Assembly (NCBI GenBank): GCA_046292385.1
Contig: JBKBRF010000005.1
Span: 213,350 to 245,186 of the forward strand
Length of the DNA stretch: 31,837 nt
Origin: Armatimonadota bacterium
Lineage (GTDB): Bacteria > Armatimonadota > SYMT01
Reading direction: 5' to 3'
Below the pieces are notes generated by a model, which ran no database searches, was not told the origin of the DNA, and saw only the letters and a list, made by a program, of their open reading frames with translations. Both the position numbers and the translations under genes were made by a program. Within the stretch, counting starts at the first letter, position 1. Each line of letters starts with the position of its first letter. Shown in pieces: positions 16,606-25,740 of this stretch.

Positions 16606-16740
16606 CGTATTCCGTATTCCGTAGCGAGGCGCCGGCGCCTCGTTCCGCAGGATCGTGCCGGGCGAAAAGCTATGAAGCGCTCCGCTCGGCACGACGTGCT
16701 GAACAGCGGATCAGCGGCTCGCTACGCAATACGCAATACG
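16606..16740. repeat. ~135-bp nested inverted-repeat element, copy 2
   Basis: Outer arms CGTATTCCGTATTCCGTAGCGAG (16606-16628) and CTCGCTACGCAATACGCAATACG (16718-16740); inner arms TCGTGCCGGGCG and CGCTCGGCACGA. Confidence 0.85.
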
Positions 16741-16806
16741 AACAGTGCGCCGCAGGCAGGAAGAGTTCCTACCGGCACACGGTGGAAGCTGGCGTACGTG
16801 CGTGAT

Positions 16807-16854
16807 CGCCGGGAGTTGACTCCCGGCGGAGCCAATCCGCGGAGTTTACTCCGC
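16807..16854. repeat. REP-like palindrome doublet
   Basis: Perfect hairpins CGCCGGGAGT-TG-ACTCCCGGCG (16807-16828) and GCGGAGT-TT-ACTCCGC (16839-16854). Confidence 0.75.
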
Positions 16855-16920
16855 CCCCGGGCACGGTGAGGAGAGGGATTACCTGAACCGCTGCCCGGCG
16901 GAGCACCGGAGTTCGCCAGC

Positions 16921-17018
16921 GAGCAAGAGCAAGAGCAAGAGTAAGAGTAAGAGTAAGAGCAGGAGTGACCGCACCCGGTGGGTTCGGATTCATCCCTCAT
17001 CCCTCAACGTTCATCCTT
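16921..17018. repeat. short tandem repeats: ~8 GAGYAA hexamers, then YTCATCC heptamers
   Basis: gagcaa x3, gagtaa x3, gagcag, gagtga (16921-16968); ttcatcc ctcatcc ctcaacg ttcatcc (16989-17016). Confidence 0.85.
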
Positions 17019-17021
17019 AGG

Positions 17022-17735
17022 CTAAATACCGCCCCCCGGGCCGTCGAATTCGGGAGTCGCCGCGAAGGCGAGCGGCGCGCAGTCGTAGGCGCGGGCCCAC
17101 TCTTCGTCGCCGTAGGACCAGTGCCACCACTCCGGGCGGTAGTGCGCGAGACCGCTGTCTCGCAGCGCGCGGGCGAGGAGGTCGACCGCCACCCGCCCCC
17201 ACGCGTCTTCGGGGGTCATGATGCGGCCGAACGCGTCGACCGGGGCGATATCGACCGCGCTGCCGGTGCTGTGCGGCGGGCGCTTGCCGTCCGGGCGGGC
17301 GACATACTGCTCCAGCAGGCTCTCCAGCTCCGGATCGGCCGCGGACGGCAGCGCTCCCCGGAGGTACTCGAGGCCGCGGCCCCAGAGGGTCCGCTGTACC
17401 GCGAGCGGGCGGAGCCCCTCCCAGAAGCCGAGGCGGAGATCGCTCGGGAGCACCTGTACCACTCGGGCGAGCCGCTCGGCGACTTCTGGTCGAACCAGGA
17501 AGCGGAGCTCCGGATCGCTCCAGACCGGCGCGTCGAGCAGGACGACGGCCGGCGCGGCGATCCGAATATCCACGAGCCCCTCGGGAACCGGCGCCGGGTC
17601 CGGGCAGGCGCGAACGCGGGCCAGCGTATCCCGCGGGCAGAGTCCCATCAGGTAGGCGCGAAGCTGCTCCGCGGTCGCCACACACGCGAACGCCGGGGAA
17701 ACGGAAGCCATCAGGGGGACGGATGCCGGAAGCAT
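17022..17735 (-). CDS. M15 family D-alanyl-D-alanine dipeptidase-like protein (VanX/DdpX-like)
   Basis: EGLRP..Q..LW, PPHSTGSAVDI (HxxGxAxD zinc motif), EWWHWSYGD; true start may be the ATG at 17711. Confidence 0.88.
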   Translation of the reverse strand: MLPASVPLMASVSPAFACVATAEQLRAYLMGLCPRDTLARVRACPDPAPVPEGLVDIRIAAPAVVLLDAPVWSDPELRFLVRPEVAERLARVVQVLPSDLRLGFWEGLRPLAVQRTLWGRGLEYLRGALPSAADPELESLLEQYVARPDGKRPPHSTGSAVDIAPVDAFGRIMTPEDAWGRVAVDLLARALRDSGLAHYRPEWWHWSYGDEEWARAYDCAPLAFAATPEFDGPGGGI

Positions 17736-17754
17736 AGTGCAGGAGCCGCTAAGC

Positions 17755-17812
17755 TGACTAACCAGACTGTTTTAGTCATCTTTATCGTATCATCCGGCGC
17801 GACGTGGGTCAA
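17755..17812 (-). promoter_or_regulatory. sigma70-type promoter TTGACC-N17-TACGAT with downstream palindrome TGACTAA-N10-TTAGTCA
   Basis: -35 at 17807-17812, -10 at 17784-17789 with extended TG; perfect 7-bp inverted repeat at 17755-17778. Confidence 0.7.
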
Positions 17813-17952
17813 TGGAAGGCCGGAGAAGGAAACGGAGCCGGACCGCGGTCAAATGCAACCTCAGGAAGCTCCGCGTGCGTTAAGACCTACGGTAGAGGGA
17901 CCCGCGCCGCCGCGGCGCGTTCCAGTTCTTCCCACAGGAGTAGATCCAACCC

Positions 17953-18471
17953 ATGACGCGATTCATGATGATCCCCGCGCTGGCACTCAGCCTGGCCCTG
18001 GCGGGGTGCAGCCAGCCGCCGGCGGAGCAGTCCGCGGAGCAGCCCGGCGCGGAGAGCGCTTCCCAGTCGGAGACTCACGGCTCGGCGCCTGCCGGGGGAC
18101 CTGAAGGCGCTTCCGGCAACGCCCCGTTCCCGGTCTCCCCCGCCGCCGGAGCGGGCGGAGGTGGCGGCGCCCCCCAGACGCCGCCGCTCGCGGGAGAGTG
18201 GAAGGCGAAGGCCGACAAGGTCAACGCGCTCAACGAAAAGCTGGAAGCCTCTCCGGACGACGAAAAGCTGAAGGCCGAAGCGGTTGCCGCGAACTACGAG
18301 CTCGGCAACGGGCTGATGAACGCGCCGGACCTTCCGCCGTACAAGTATCGGCACGCGCTGAAGTACCTGCGCGCCGCCCGCGATCTCGATCCGAACCATG
18401 AGAAGGCAGCGGCGGACATCAAGCAGATCGAGGACATCTACAAGATGATGGGCCGGCCGATCCCGCAGTAA
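17953..18471 (+). CDS. lipoprotein with disordered linker and C-terminal TPR-like helices
   Basis: AGGAG RBS, lipobox LAGC, Pro/Gly/Ala linker, YELGNGL..YRHALKYLRAARDLDPNHEKA. Confidence 0.8.
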   Translation: MTRFMMIPALALSLALAGCSQPPAEQSAEQPGAESASQSETHGSAPAGGPEGASGNAPFPVSPAAGAGGGGGAPQTPPLAGEWKAKADKVNALNEKLEASPDDEKLKAEAVAANYELGNGLMNAPDLPPYKYRHALKYLRAARDLDPNHEKAAADIKQIEDIYKMMGRPIPQ

Positions 18472-18490
18472 CGCCGCGCGTCCAAACACC

Positions 18491-18510
18491 GGGGGACCTT
18501 CGGGTCCCCC
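18491..18510 (+). terminator. 8-bp hairpin with cUUCGg tetraloop (terminator or mRNA stabiliser)
   Basis: GGGGGACC-TTCG-GGTCCCCC 20 nt after the lipoprotein stop; weak U-tract. Confidence 0.55.
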
Positions 18511-18531
18511 ATTCTGCTCAGAGGTCTCTCC

Positions 18532-20622
18532 ATGCACGGCCTGCGCCGCTTTCTGGTTCTTTGCTCTCTCGGGCTATCCGCCGTAACGGTGGCCGCCGCG
18601 GCGCAGGACGCCGGAAAGCCGACCGAGCGCGGGGACGCGCTGCTGGCGGGCTACTTCCGCGCGGAAACGGAGCAGCTGGAGCGGGACTGCCTGGCCGACG
18701 TGAAGACGCTGGCGGACTGGACCTCCCGCCGGGAGGAGTACCGCCGGCAGCTCTTCGAGATGCTGGGCCTCTGGCCGCGGCCGGAGCGGACCGACCTGAA
18801 GGCGCAGGTGACCGGGCGGACGGAGCACCCCGACTTCGTCGTTGAGAACGTCCACTTCCAGTCCCGGCCTGGGCTTTACGTGACGGGGAACCTCTACCTC
18901 CCCAGGGGCCTGACGAAGCCGGCCCCCGCGGTGCTCTACGTCTGCGGCCACGGCAACGTGAAGGTCGGCGACGTCAGCTACGGCGCCAAGACCTACTACC
19001 AGCATCACGGCGCCTGGCTGGCCCGGCACGGCTACGTCTGCCTCACGATCGACACGCTCCAGCTCGGGGAGATCGAAGGGCTGCACCATGGCACCTATCG
19101 CGAAGGGATGTGGTGGTGGCTCGCGCGCGGGTACACCCCGGCCGGGGTGGAGGCGTGGAACAGCATCCGCGCGCTCGACTACCTGCAGAGCCGCCCGGAG
19201 GTCGACGGCGAGCGGCTGGGCGTGACGGGCCGCTCCGGCGGCGGCGCCTACAGCTGGTGGCTGGCGGCGCTGGACGAGCGGGTGAAGGCGGCGGTGCCGG
19301 TGGCGGGCACCACCGACCTGCGCGACCATGTGATCGACGGCGTGGTGGAGGGCCACTGCGACTGCATGTTCATGGTCAACACCTTCCGGTGGGACTACCC
19401 GCAGGTCGCCGCCCTCGTCGCCCCCCGCCCCCTGCTGCTCTCCAATACCGACAAGGACACGATCTTCCCGCTCGAGGGAGTGGTCCGCACCCACGAGAAG
19501 GTCCGCCGCATCTATCGACTGTACGGCGCGGAGAAGAACCTAGGCCTGCTCATCACGGAGGGGCCGCACGAGGACACCCAGGACCTGCAGGTCCCGGCCC
19601 TCCGGTGGTTCGACCGGTTCCTGAAGGAGGAGAAGCGGCTGGTGGAGACGGCAGCGGTGAAGCTGTTCGAGCCGCCGCAGCTTCGGGTGTTCCGGAAGCT
19701 ACCGGACGACCAGCGCAACACGCGCGCGCACGAGTGGTTCGTCGCCGCGGCGCCCCAGCCGAGCGCCCCGGCGTCGCCCGCGGAGTGGAAGGCGCAGCGG
19801 GAAGCCTGGATGGAGAAGCTGCGGACCCTCTCGTTCCGCGGCTGGCCGGCCGAGCCGGGGCCGCTGGGCGTGCGCGAGGCATTCACCAAGACCGCCGCCG
19901 GGGTGCGGCTCACCGCTCTCGACTTCTCCAGCCAGCAGGGCGTGCCGCTGCGCCTCTGGCTCACCACTCCCGCCGACGGGCCGGCTCCGGAGCGCCTGGT
20001 GCTCCGGGTGATGGACGACACCACCTGGCAGGCGTGGCTCGGCGCCGTCCGCTCCGCCTTCCCGGACGAGGTGCGGGACGAGATCGAGGCGGCGCCGTCT
20101 CCGGCAGGGCTCCAGGCGGGGCTGGACGGCATGCGCGCCGGGAAGGAGGCCTGGGCCTGGCTCGCGCCGCGCGGCGTGGGGCCGACCGCCTGGGATCCCA
20201 CCCCGAAGAAGCAGGTCCAGAACCGCCGCCGGTTCTACCTGCTGGGCCAGAGCCTGGAGGGAATGCAGGTCTGGGACGTCCGGCGGGCGGTGCAGGCGCT
20301 CCGTACCCGGAACGACCTCCGCCGCCTCCCGCTCACCCTCTCCGGCAGCGGTCCGATGGGCGGAGTCGCCCTCTATGCGTCGCTCTTCGAGCCGGACGTC
20401 GCGCGGCTCTCGCTCGTCGCGCTCCCGCCTTCGCACGCGGAAGGCCCCCACTTCCTGAACGTGCTCCGCTTCATGGACATGCCGGCGGCCGTGGCGATGG
20501 CCGCGGAGCGGAGCCGCGTGGAGCTGACCACGCGCGGGGCGCAGGACTGGGACTATCCGGCCAGCGTCGTGCGAGTCCTCGGGCTCCCGGCGGACCGGCT
20601 AAAGCTAGAACCGCTCCGCTAA
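18532..20622 (+). CDS. secreted alpha/beta hydrolase (acetyl xylan esterase-like), tandem hydrolase domains
   Basis: Signal peptide; VTGNLYLP, VCGH, RALDYL, nucleophile elbow GRSGGG, HCDC, APRPLL, D and H candidates; second domain DVRRAV..GSGPMG appears degenerate. Confidence 0.85.
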   Translation: MHGLRRFLVLCSLGLSAVTVAAAAQDAGKPTERGDALLAGYFRAETEQLERDCLADVKTLADWTSRREEYRRQLFEMLGLWPRPERTDLKAQVTGRTEHPDFVVENVHFQSRPGLYVTGNLYLPRGLTKPAPAVLYVCGHGNVKVGDVSYGAKTYYQHHGAWLARHGYVCLTIDTLQLGEIEGLHHGTYREGMWWWLARGYTPAGVEAWNSIRALDYLQSRPEVDGERLGVTGRSGGGAYSWWLAALDERVKAAVPVAGTTDLRDHVIDGVVEGHCDCMFMVNTFRWDYPQVAALVAPRPLLLSNTDKDTIFPLEGVVRTHEKVRRIYRLYGAEKNLGLLITEGPHEDTQDLQVPALRWFDRFLKEEKRLVETAAVKLFEPPQLRVFRKLPDDQRNTRAHEWFVAAAPQPSAPASPAEWKAQREAWMEKLRTLSFRGWPAEPGPLGVREAFTKTAAGVRLTALDFSSQQGVPLRLWLTTPADGPAPERLVLRVMDDTTWQAWLGAVRSAFPDEVRDEIEAAPSPAGLQAGLDGMRAGKEAWAWLAPRGVGPTAWDPTPKKQVQNRRRFYLLGQSLEGMQVWDVRRAVQALRTRNDLRRLPLTLSGSGPMGGVALYASLFEPDVARLSLVALPPSHAEGPHFLNVLRFMDMPAAVAMAAERSRVELTTRGAQDWDYPASVVRVLGLPADRLKLEPLR

Positions 20623-20636
20623 AGCGTGGCGATCAA

Positions 20637-20677
20637 GGGGATGAAGGAGGATGGCCTGACCGCTCCTCCTCATCCCC
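20637..20677. terminator. hairpin between convergent genes
   Basis: GGGGATGAAGGAGGA pairs with TCCTCCTCATCCCC (one bulge); followed by ATCCCC short repeats. Confidence 0.5.
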
Positions 20678-20691
20678 CTATCCCCATTCCG

Positions 20692-21948
20692 CTATCCCCC
20701 CATCCCCTCTTCGGTTCGGCCGCCGAGCAGAGCTTCCACGCAGGCCTGTCCCTCTTCCAGGGCGTCGGCGGGCTCACGGTCGCCGGTGAGGGCGGCCCGC
20801 AGCAGCGGGGCCAGCAGCGCTTCGATCTCCGTGTACTCCGGCAGCTTCGGCGGGGCGAGCGCCGCCATGCGCAGCGTCTGGGCGGCGAGGGTGAACCGCA
20901 GGTGCGAGATCGTACCGCTGCGGAGACAGGTCTCCACTTCCGAATAGACGTCGGTCCGCGTGGGGATCGCGCCGTGCTGCGCCTCCAGGTGCTGGCTCTC
21001 CGGCCCGGTCAGGAAGCGCAGCAGCTCGGCCGCTGCTGCGGGATCCGGGCACGACCGCGGCACGGCGAAGGTGGGGCAGCCGGTCCATACCGCCCGTCGC
21101 CCGTCTTTACTTGCGGGCGCCAGCGCCACCCCGTGCCAGGCGGCGACGGCGGAGAAGGTTGGGTCGCAGAGCAGCCTTGCGGTGTTGGGCCGGTCGAGCG
21201 CCATCGCGCAGTTGCCCATCCGGAACAGCTCGGAGACGTCCTCCTGCGTGCAGTCCGGCGTCTCCGCGGGCACCGCTTCCCACCGGGAGTAGAGGTCTCG
21301 AAGCAGCGTGAGGCACCAGACCCCGGCGCGGCTGAAGAACCGCGGGCGCTCCTGCCAGTCGAAGAAGGTCCCGCCAACCGTCGTCACCATCTCCGCAAAG
21401 AACGCGACCAGGTCCGGCCCCGTCCCCGGAAAGGCGAAGCCGTGCATCTTGCCGGCGCGGGTGAAGTACTGCGCCACCGCCGCCAGCTCCTCCCAGGTCT
21501 GCGGCACCCGCAGCGACCGGCCTTCCGACGCCTCCGCGAACCACCGCTGCTCCCGCCGGTCGTCGAAGATGTCGGAGCGGTAGAAGAGCAGCCGCGTCTC
21601 GACCGACCGGGGCGCCTGCAGGAGCCGGCCGTCCCAGGTGCAGAGATCGCGGGAGAGCGCGCTGAACCGCTCCACCTCTTCGGCCCAGAGCAGCTCGTCC
21701 AGTGGGAAGAGCTGCGGCGCCAGGCTCGCCGTGTACCGGCTCTCCGCGGAGATCAGGTGATACGGCTCGCCGACCGCCAGCTGCTCCCGCAGGTGAGGAA
21801 TCAACTCCGGCAGCGGCAGTCGGGTGACGATCTCGACCGGGGTGCCGGTGTCCCGGGTGAGCTCGTCCAGGCGCGCGTAGAGCGGCGTGTAGCTCGGTCC
21901 GTCGACGAGCGCGAGACGCAGCGGCTCGGAGGTGATCGGTTGGCTCAT
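20692..21948 (-). CDS. sugar ABC-type solute-binding protein family member without a signal peptide
   Basis: LLFYRSDIF, VPQTWEEL..VAQYF, FRMGNCAM, AAAELLRFLTGPESQ, P.LPEYTEIE; N-terminus is polar. Confidence 0.85.
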   Translation of the reverse strand: MSQPITSEPLRLALVDGPSYTPLYARLDELTRDTGTPVEIVTRLPLPELIPHLREQLAVGEPYHLISAESRYTASLAPQLFPLDELLWAEEVERFSALSRDLCTWDGRLLQAPRSVETRLLFYRSDIFDDRREQRWFAEASEGRSLRVPQTWEELAAVAQYFTRAGKMHGFAFPGTGPDLVAFFAEMVTTVGGTFFDWQERPRFFSRAGVWCLTLLRDLYSRWEAVPAETPDCTQEDVSELFRMGNCAMALDRPNTARLLCDPTFSAVAAWHGVALAPASKDGRRAVWTGCPTFAVPRSCPDPAAAAELLRFLTGPESQHLEAQHGAIPTRTDVYSEVETCLRSGTISHLRFTLAAQTLRMAALAPPKLPEYTEIEALLAPLLRAALTGDREPADALEEGQACVEALLGGRTEEGMGG

Positions 21949-22196
21949 GGGGGTGGCGCGCTCCCGTGGCGGCGAGTGGGCACTGGCGGCTCCAGCGCCG
22001 GCTTCCGGGAGATTGTCGCACGAGGCGGCATCGCTCGACCGGGAAGCCCGAGCCCACGCTGAAAATGAGGGCCGCTGCCGCTAGCGGTCGTCCGGTCGGC
22101 CCCCGACATTTCGATTGGCAGCTACTCCAGGCGAGCGGGCTGCGGAGGAGCCGGCAACCGCTTTCCGCGCTGAGCGCCGTGGACAACCCAGTATCT

Positions 22197-22314
22197 GGCG
22201 GAGGCGCTGCCGTGCCTCCGCCGTTTCGGAGCCGGTCCATCCCCCGTGGGATCGGCTCCTCAGGCGGCTGTTCCGCCCGCCGGAGCCCGGTCTACTCCTT
22301 CCGGGCTCCGGCGG
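22197..22314. other. three consecutive GC-rich hairpins downstream of the small acidic ORF
   Basis: GGCGGAGGC/GCCTCCGCC (22197-22222), GGAGCCGGTCC/GGATCGGCTCC (22228-22259), perfect 14-bp stem CCGCCGGAGCCCGG (22277-22314). Confidence 0.6.
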
Positions 22315-22328
22315 CTCTTTCTGCCGCG

Positions 22329-22658
22329 TCAGGACTCGTCGTTCTGCTCCCGCGCCGTCCCCCAGTTGGAGGCGCCGCTGCTCTTCTCGGTGATCGTGCC
22401 GCCTGCCGGCGTGCCGACGTGGGTTCCCGGGGCGAGCACTCCCGAGCGCTGATTCCCCAGGGGGGCTTCCCACTCTTCCATCTCGGCGTCCAGCTCCGCC
22501 TGCGGAGCCTCACCGTGGGGCCGGGCGGTGCTCTGCCGCGGACCGCTCCCCTCGAGAGCGTCCCCGGGGATCACGGTATCGTCGGACTCTCCTGGCGGGA
22601 CCGTTCCGGTCTGGCTCGCCTTCTCTGCGTTCTGTCGGTACTCGGTATCGTCCGGCAT
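22329..22658 (-). CDS. 109-aa acidic, probably disordered hypothetical protein
   Basis: MPDDTEYRQN...REQNDES; strong AAAGGAGG RBS before ATG 22658. It is the C-terminal part of track ORF 22329..23198. Confidence 0.7.
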   Translation of the reverse strand: MPDDTEYRQNAEKASQTGTVPPGESDDTVIPGDALEGSGPRQSTARPHGEAPQAELDAEMEEWEAPLGNQRSGVLAPGTHVGTPAGGTITEKSSGASNWGTAREQNDES

Positions 22659-22827
22659 CGTTCTGCCTCCTTTCGCGCTCCTCGTCCAGGTCGGCGCTCT
22701 GAAGACTTGCCCGATCCGGAGGGCGGTGAAACCGCTCGCCGCACGACCCGCCTGCATGGAAAAAGGTTTGGCGGAGCTTGAAACCGGAAAATCACACGGC
22801 ATTACAGTGGACGTCCGGAGTGCTGCG

Positions 22828-23265
22828 GTGCAGATTCGCGCGCGAGATGTGGGATTGGTGGTGCTGCGGGTGGAGGGCGAGGCGCTGCGGGAGAGCGATC
22901 TCCGCGGCGCCGACCTCCGGCTCGCCGAGTTGGCCGGCGCCGACCTTACCCGCTGCCGCCTCCGCCTGGCAGATCTCGCCGAGGCGGATCTCTCCGGCGC
23001 GTGCCTGCGGGGCGCGGACCTCTCCGGCGCAGAGCTGATCGCCGCGCTGCTCGACGGGACGGACCTGCGCGACGCCGACCTGCGGAACGCCTGTCTCATC
23101 GGCGCCTCGCTGGTCCAGGCCGACCTCCGCGGCGCGCGGCTCGAAGGAGCGAACCTGACGGGGGCCACGCTCGCGGGCGCTGCGCTCCGGAACGCCACCT
23201 ATGACGAGCGGACCTGCTGGCCGGACGGGTTCGATCCGGACGAACACGAGGTCTGCGCCGACTGA
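22828..23265 (+). CDS. pentapeptide repeat protein
   Basis: Tandem A(D/E/N)LxG pentapeptides ending YDERTCWPDGFDP; GGAG RBS before GTG 22828 (GTG 22807 is an alternative). Confidence 0.9.
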   Translation: MQIRARDVGLVVLRVEGEALRESDLRGADLRLAELAGADLTRCRLRLADLAEADLSGACLRGADLSGAELIAALLDGTDLRDADLRNACLIGASLVQADLRGARLEGANLTGATLAGAALRNATYDERTCWPDGFDPDEHEVCAD

Positions 23266-23494
23266 CCCGCTCCCCGCCGGTCGGTGAGTTACCTCTCCGC
23301 GGTCCCCGCTCCTTAGAACGCCTTCACACACGAGGAAAAGTTGTGACGACCGGTGTAATCATTTCTTGAACGGTCGGGAACCCGGCTGCGACCCGAGCCG
23401 ACCAAAGAAGGGGATGCCGTTCCGGCCGGCCCTCTCCGTGGTCGCATCCTCCATCTCCACTAGACGAGAGCGCCGGGCGCCGAGGCGACAACGA

Positions 23495-24415
23495 GTGGAA
23501 CGAAAAGCCTGTGCGGACTGCGGCAGCCTCTGCCTCGGCAGCGAGCGGCGCTGCTGGGCCTGCGGCAGCTCCAGCTTTATGTCCGCCGCAGATGACGATC
23601 GCACCCTGCTCGCGCAGGATGCGAGTGACCAGACCCTCATGCTTCGCCTCCGCCGGCGTCCGTGGCTGGTTCCGGTCGCGCTCGGCAGCGCCTTCGCGGT
23701 GGCGGTCTTCATCGGGACCGTCGGCTACTGGATCGGCCGCGCCAGCTCGCTTCCGGAAGGAACCGTGCTCGGACCGATGGCCGGAGTCTTTCCCGTGCCC
23801 GACGTACCGTCGTCCTCGGCCCACACGCCGGGCGGCGGCGGGCAAACCCTCTGGGCGCCCGCGCGCCCGGTCGGACCGTCCGCCGTGACTCCCCGGGAGC
23901 GGGTGAAGGTAACGGTGCGCCCGGGCGAGCGGGCGGAGGCCCGGCTCCAGGATGCGCCGGCTGCCGGCGCCTGGGATGCGCGCGAGGTGCCCCCGGCCGG
24001 GGAGATGGTGCTGCCGCCGGCGTACGCTCCCCCGGTGCAGCCTCCCGCGCGTACGGTCGTCCCCTTCGGTCCGGCCGCAGCCGCTCCATCCGTCCCGGTA
24101 CCGGAGGTGCCGCTGACCCAGCCGCCGGGGCATGCCGCCGTGGTTGAGTTCCGGAACGAGGACGCCGCGGCGGTGGAGATTACGGTGGACGGTGAGGATC
24201 TCCGTGTGCGAGTGGCGGCCCGCGGGGTGATGCCGGTCCAGCTCAAGCCCGGAACGTACCGCCTGCGTGCCTCGTCGTCCGGCCTTGCCTCAGACGAATC
24301 GCGGCTCACGGTCACCGCCGGTAAGGCCTACACGCTCGCCGTGCGGCGGCAGCGCGGCGCTTCCGGAGAGGCTCTCGTCCTGGTCGAGCCCCTTGCGGCT
24401 CAGGATGCCGGCTAG
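23495..24415 (+). CDS. zinc-ribbon membrane protein with Pro-rich linker and C-terminal beta-sandwich (PEGA-like)
   Basis: CADCG..RRCWACGS, one TM helix (WLVPVALGSAFAVAVFIGTVGYWIG), LKPGTYRLRA; start uncertain (ATG 23414 possible). Confidence 0.7.
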   Translation: MERKACADCGSLCLGSERRCWACGSSSFMSAADDDRTLLAQDASDQTLMLRLRRRPWLVPVALGSAFAVAVFIGTVGYWIGRASSLPEGTVLGPMAGVFPVPDVPSSSAHTPGGGGQTLWAPARPVGPSAVTPRERVKVTVRPGERAEARLQDAPAAGAWDAREVPPAGEMVLPPAYAPPVQPPARTVVPFGPAAAAPSVPVPEVPLTQPPGHAAVVEFRNEDAAAVEITVDGEDLRVRVAARGVMPVQLKPGTYRLRASSSGLASDESRLTVTAGKAYTLAVRRQRGASGEALVLVEPLAAQDAG

Positions 24416-24495
24416 CGTCCCTCGCCGCCCGCACGCTGCTTCCACTCTCCTAAGCCTGCCGCCTCACTCGCTCACGCCGAAGTCATCACAAACAC

Positions 24496-25740
24496 ATGGT
24501 CGCGGAAATCATCTCGGTCGGCACCGAGCTGCTGTTGGGTCAGATCACCGACACGAACGCCGCCTACCTGGGGCGGACTCTCGCCGGACTCGGCATCGAC
24601 CTCTACTACAAGAGCACCGTCGGCGACAACGAAGACCGCGTGCTGGAAACCCTCCGGCGCGCGCGGAGCCGGTCCGACCTGATCCTGACGAGCGGCGGAT
24701 TGGGGCCGACCGAGGACGACCTCACGAAAGAGTGCGTCGCGAGCGTCTTCGACGAAGAGCTGGTGATGCACGAGCCCTCGCTGGAGCGGCTGCGAGCCTT
24801 CTTCGCCCGCCGCGGCACCGAGATGGCCCCACGCAACGCCAAGCAGGCCCTGATCTACCGCAGCGGGCGGCCCCTGGAGAACCCGAACGGTACGGCGCCG
24901 GGCGCCTTCCTGGAGAAGGACGGGAAGATCGTCATCTCCCTTCCCGGGCCGCCGAACGAGATGATCCCGATGGTGGAGAGCCAGGTGGTTCCGCTGCTCA
25001 CCGAGCGGCTCTCCGGCCGCCGCCAGTATCTCGTGACGCACGTCTTCCGCTTTATCGGGATCGGGGAGTCGTCGCTGGAAGAACGGATCGCGGACATGAT
25101 CCGCAGCCGGAACCCCACTCTCGCGCCCCTGGCGCATACCGGGGAGGTCCATCTCCGGGTCGGGGCCAAGGCGGAGTCGCCGGAGGCCGCGGAGGCGCTG
25201 ATCGCCCCGGTGGAGGCGGAGCTGCGCCGGCGCGTAGGGCAGTATCTCTACGGAACCGACCAGACCAACCTGGAAGCCGCCGTGGTGAGCCTGCTGGCGG
25301 AGCGCGGCCTGACCGTCGCCTGCGCGGAGAGCTGCACCGGCGGCATGCTGGGCGCACGGCTCACCTCCGTGCCGGGCAGCAGCGCCGCGTTTCTGGGCGG
25401 CGTGGTCGCCTATTCGAATCCGGTGAAGGAGCAGCTCCTGGGCGTGGATCCGGCGCTGCTGGAGGCGCATGGGGCCGTCAGCGCGCCGGTGGCGCAGGCG
25501 ATGGCGGCGGGCGTGCGGGAGCGGCTCGGGGCCGATCTCGGCGTCTCCATCACCGGAGTAGCGGGGCCCACGGGCGGCACTCCGGAGAAGCCGGTGGGGC
25601 TGGTCTACGTCGGCCTCGCCACCGCCTCGGGCGTAGAGGCGATGGAGAACCACTTCATCGGCATCCGGGACGACGTGCGACAGCGCTCCACGCAGGTCGC
25701 GCTGCAGATGCTCCGAGACGCGGTAGTCTCGAAGCTCTAA
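24496..25740 (+). CDS. cinA: competence/damage-inducible protein CinA (MoCF-like domain plus PncC NMN deamidase)
   Basis: VGTELLLGQITDTN, GGLGPTEDDLT, NPNGTAPG, LPGPPNEM, AESCTGG, YSN..K, GAVS, SITGVAGP, KPVGLV. Confidence 0.96.
   Translation: MVAEIISVGTELLLGQITDTNAAYLGRTLAGLGIDLYYKSTVGDNEDRVLETLRRARSRSDLILTSGGLGPTEDDLTKECVASVFDEELVMHEPSLERLRAFFARRGTEMAPRNAKQALIYRSGRPLENPNGTAPGAFLEKDGKIVISLPGPPNEMIPMVESQVVPLLTERLSGRRQYLVTHVFRFIGIGESSLEERIADMIRSRNPTLAPLAHTGEVHLRVGAKAESPEAAEALIAPVEAELRRRVGQYLYGTDQTNLEAAVVSLLAERGLTVACAESCTGGMLGARLTSVPGSSAAFLGGVVAYSNPVKEQLLGVDPALLEAHGAVSAPVAQAMAAGVRERLGADLGVSITGVAGPTGGTPEKPVGLVYVGLATASGVEAMENHFIGIRDDVRQRSTQVALQMLRDAVVSKL

Noticed and set aside
13347..16805. 1152-aa plus-strand ORF
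   Set aside because: Antisense shadow of the Clp AAA+ gene
16921..16968. Possible CRISPR array
   Set aside because: Contiguous 6-bp tandem repeats with no spacers and no cas genes
17022..17735. Vancomycin resistance cluster
   Set aside because: Only an M15 dipeptidase; no vanH/vanA ligase or VanRS nearby
22828..23265. Qnr-like quinolone resistance gene
   Set aside because: Generic short pentapeptide repeat protein without features or mobile context supporting Qnr
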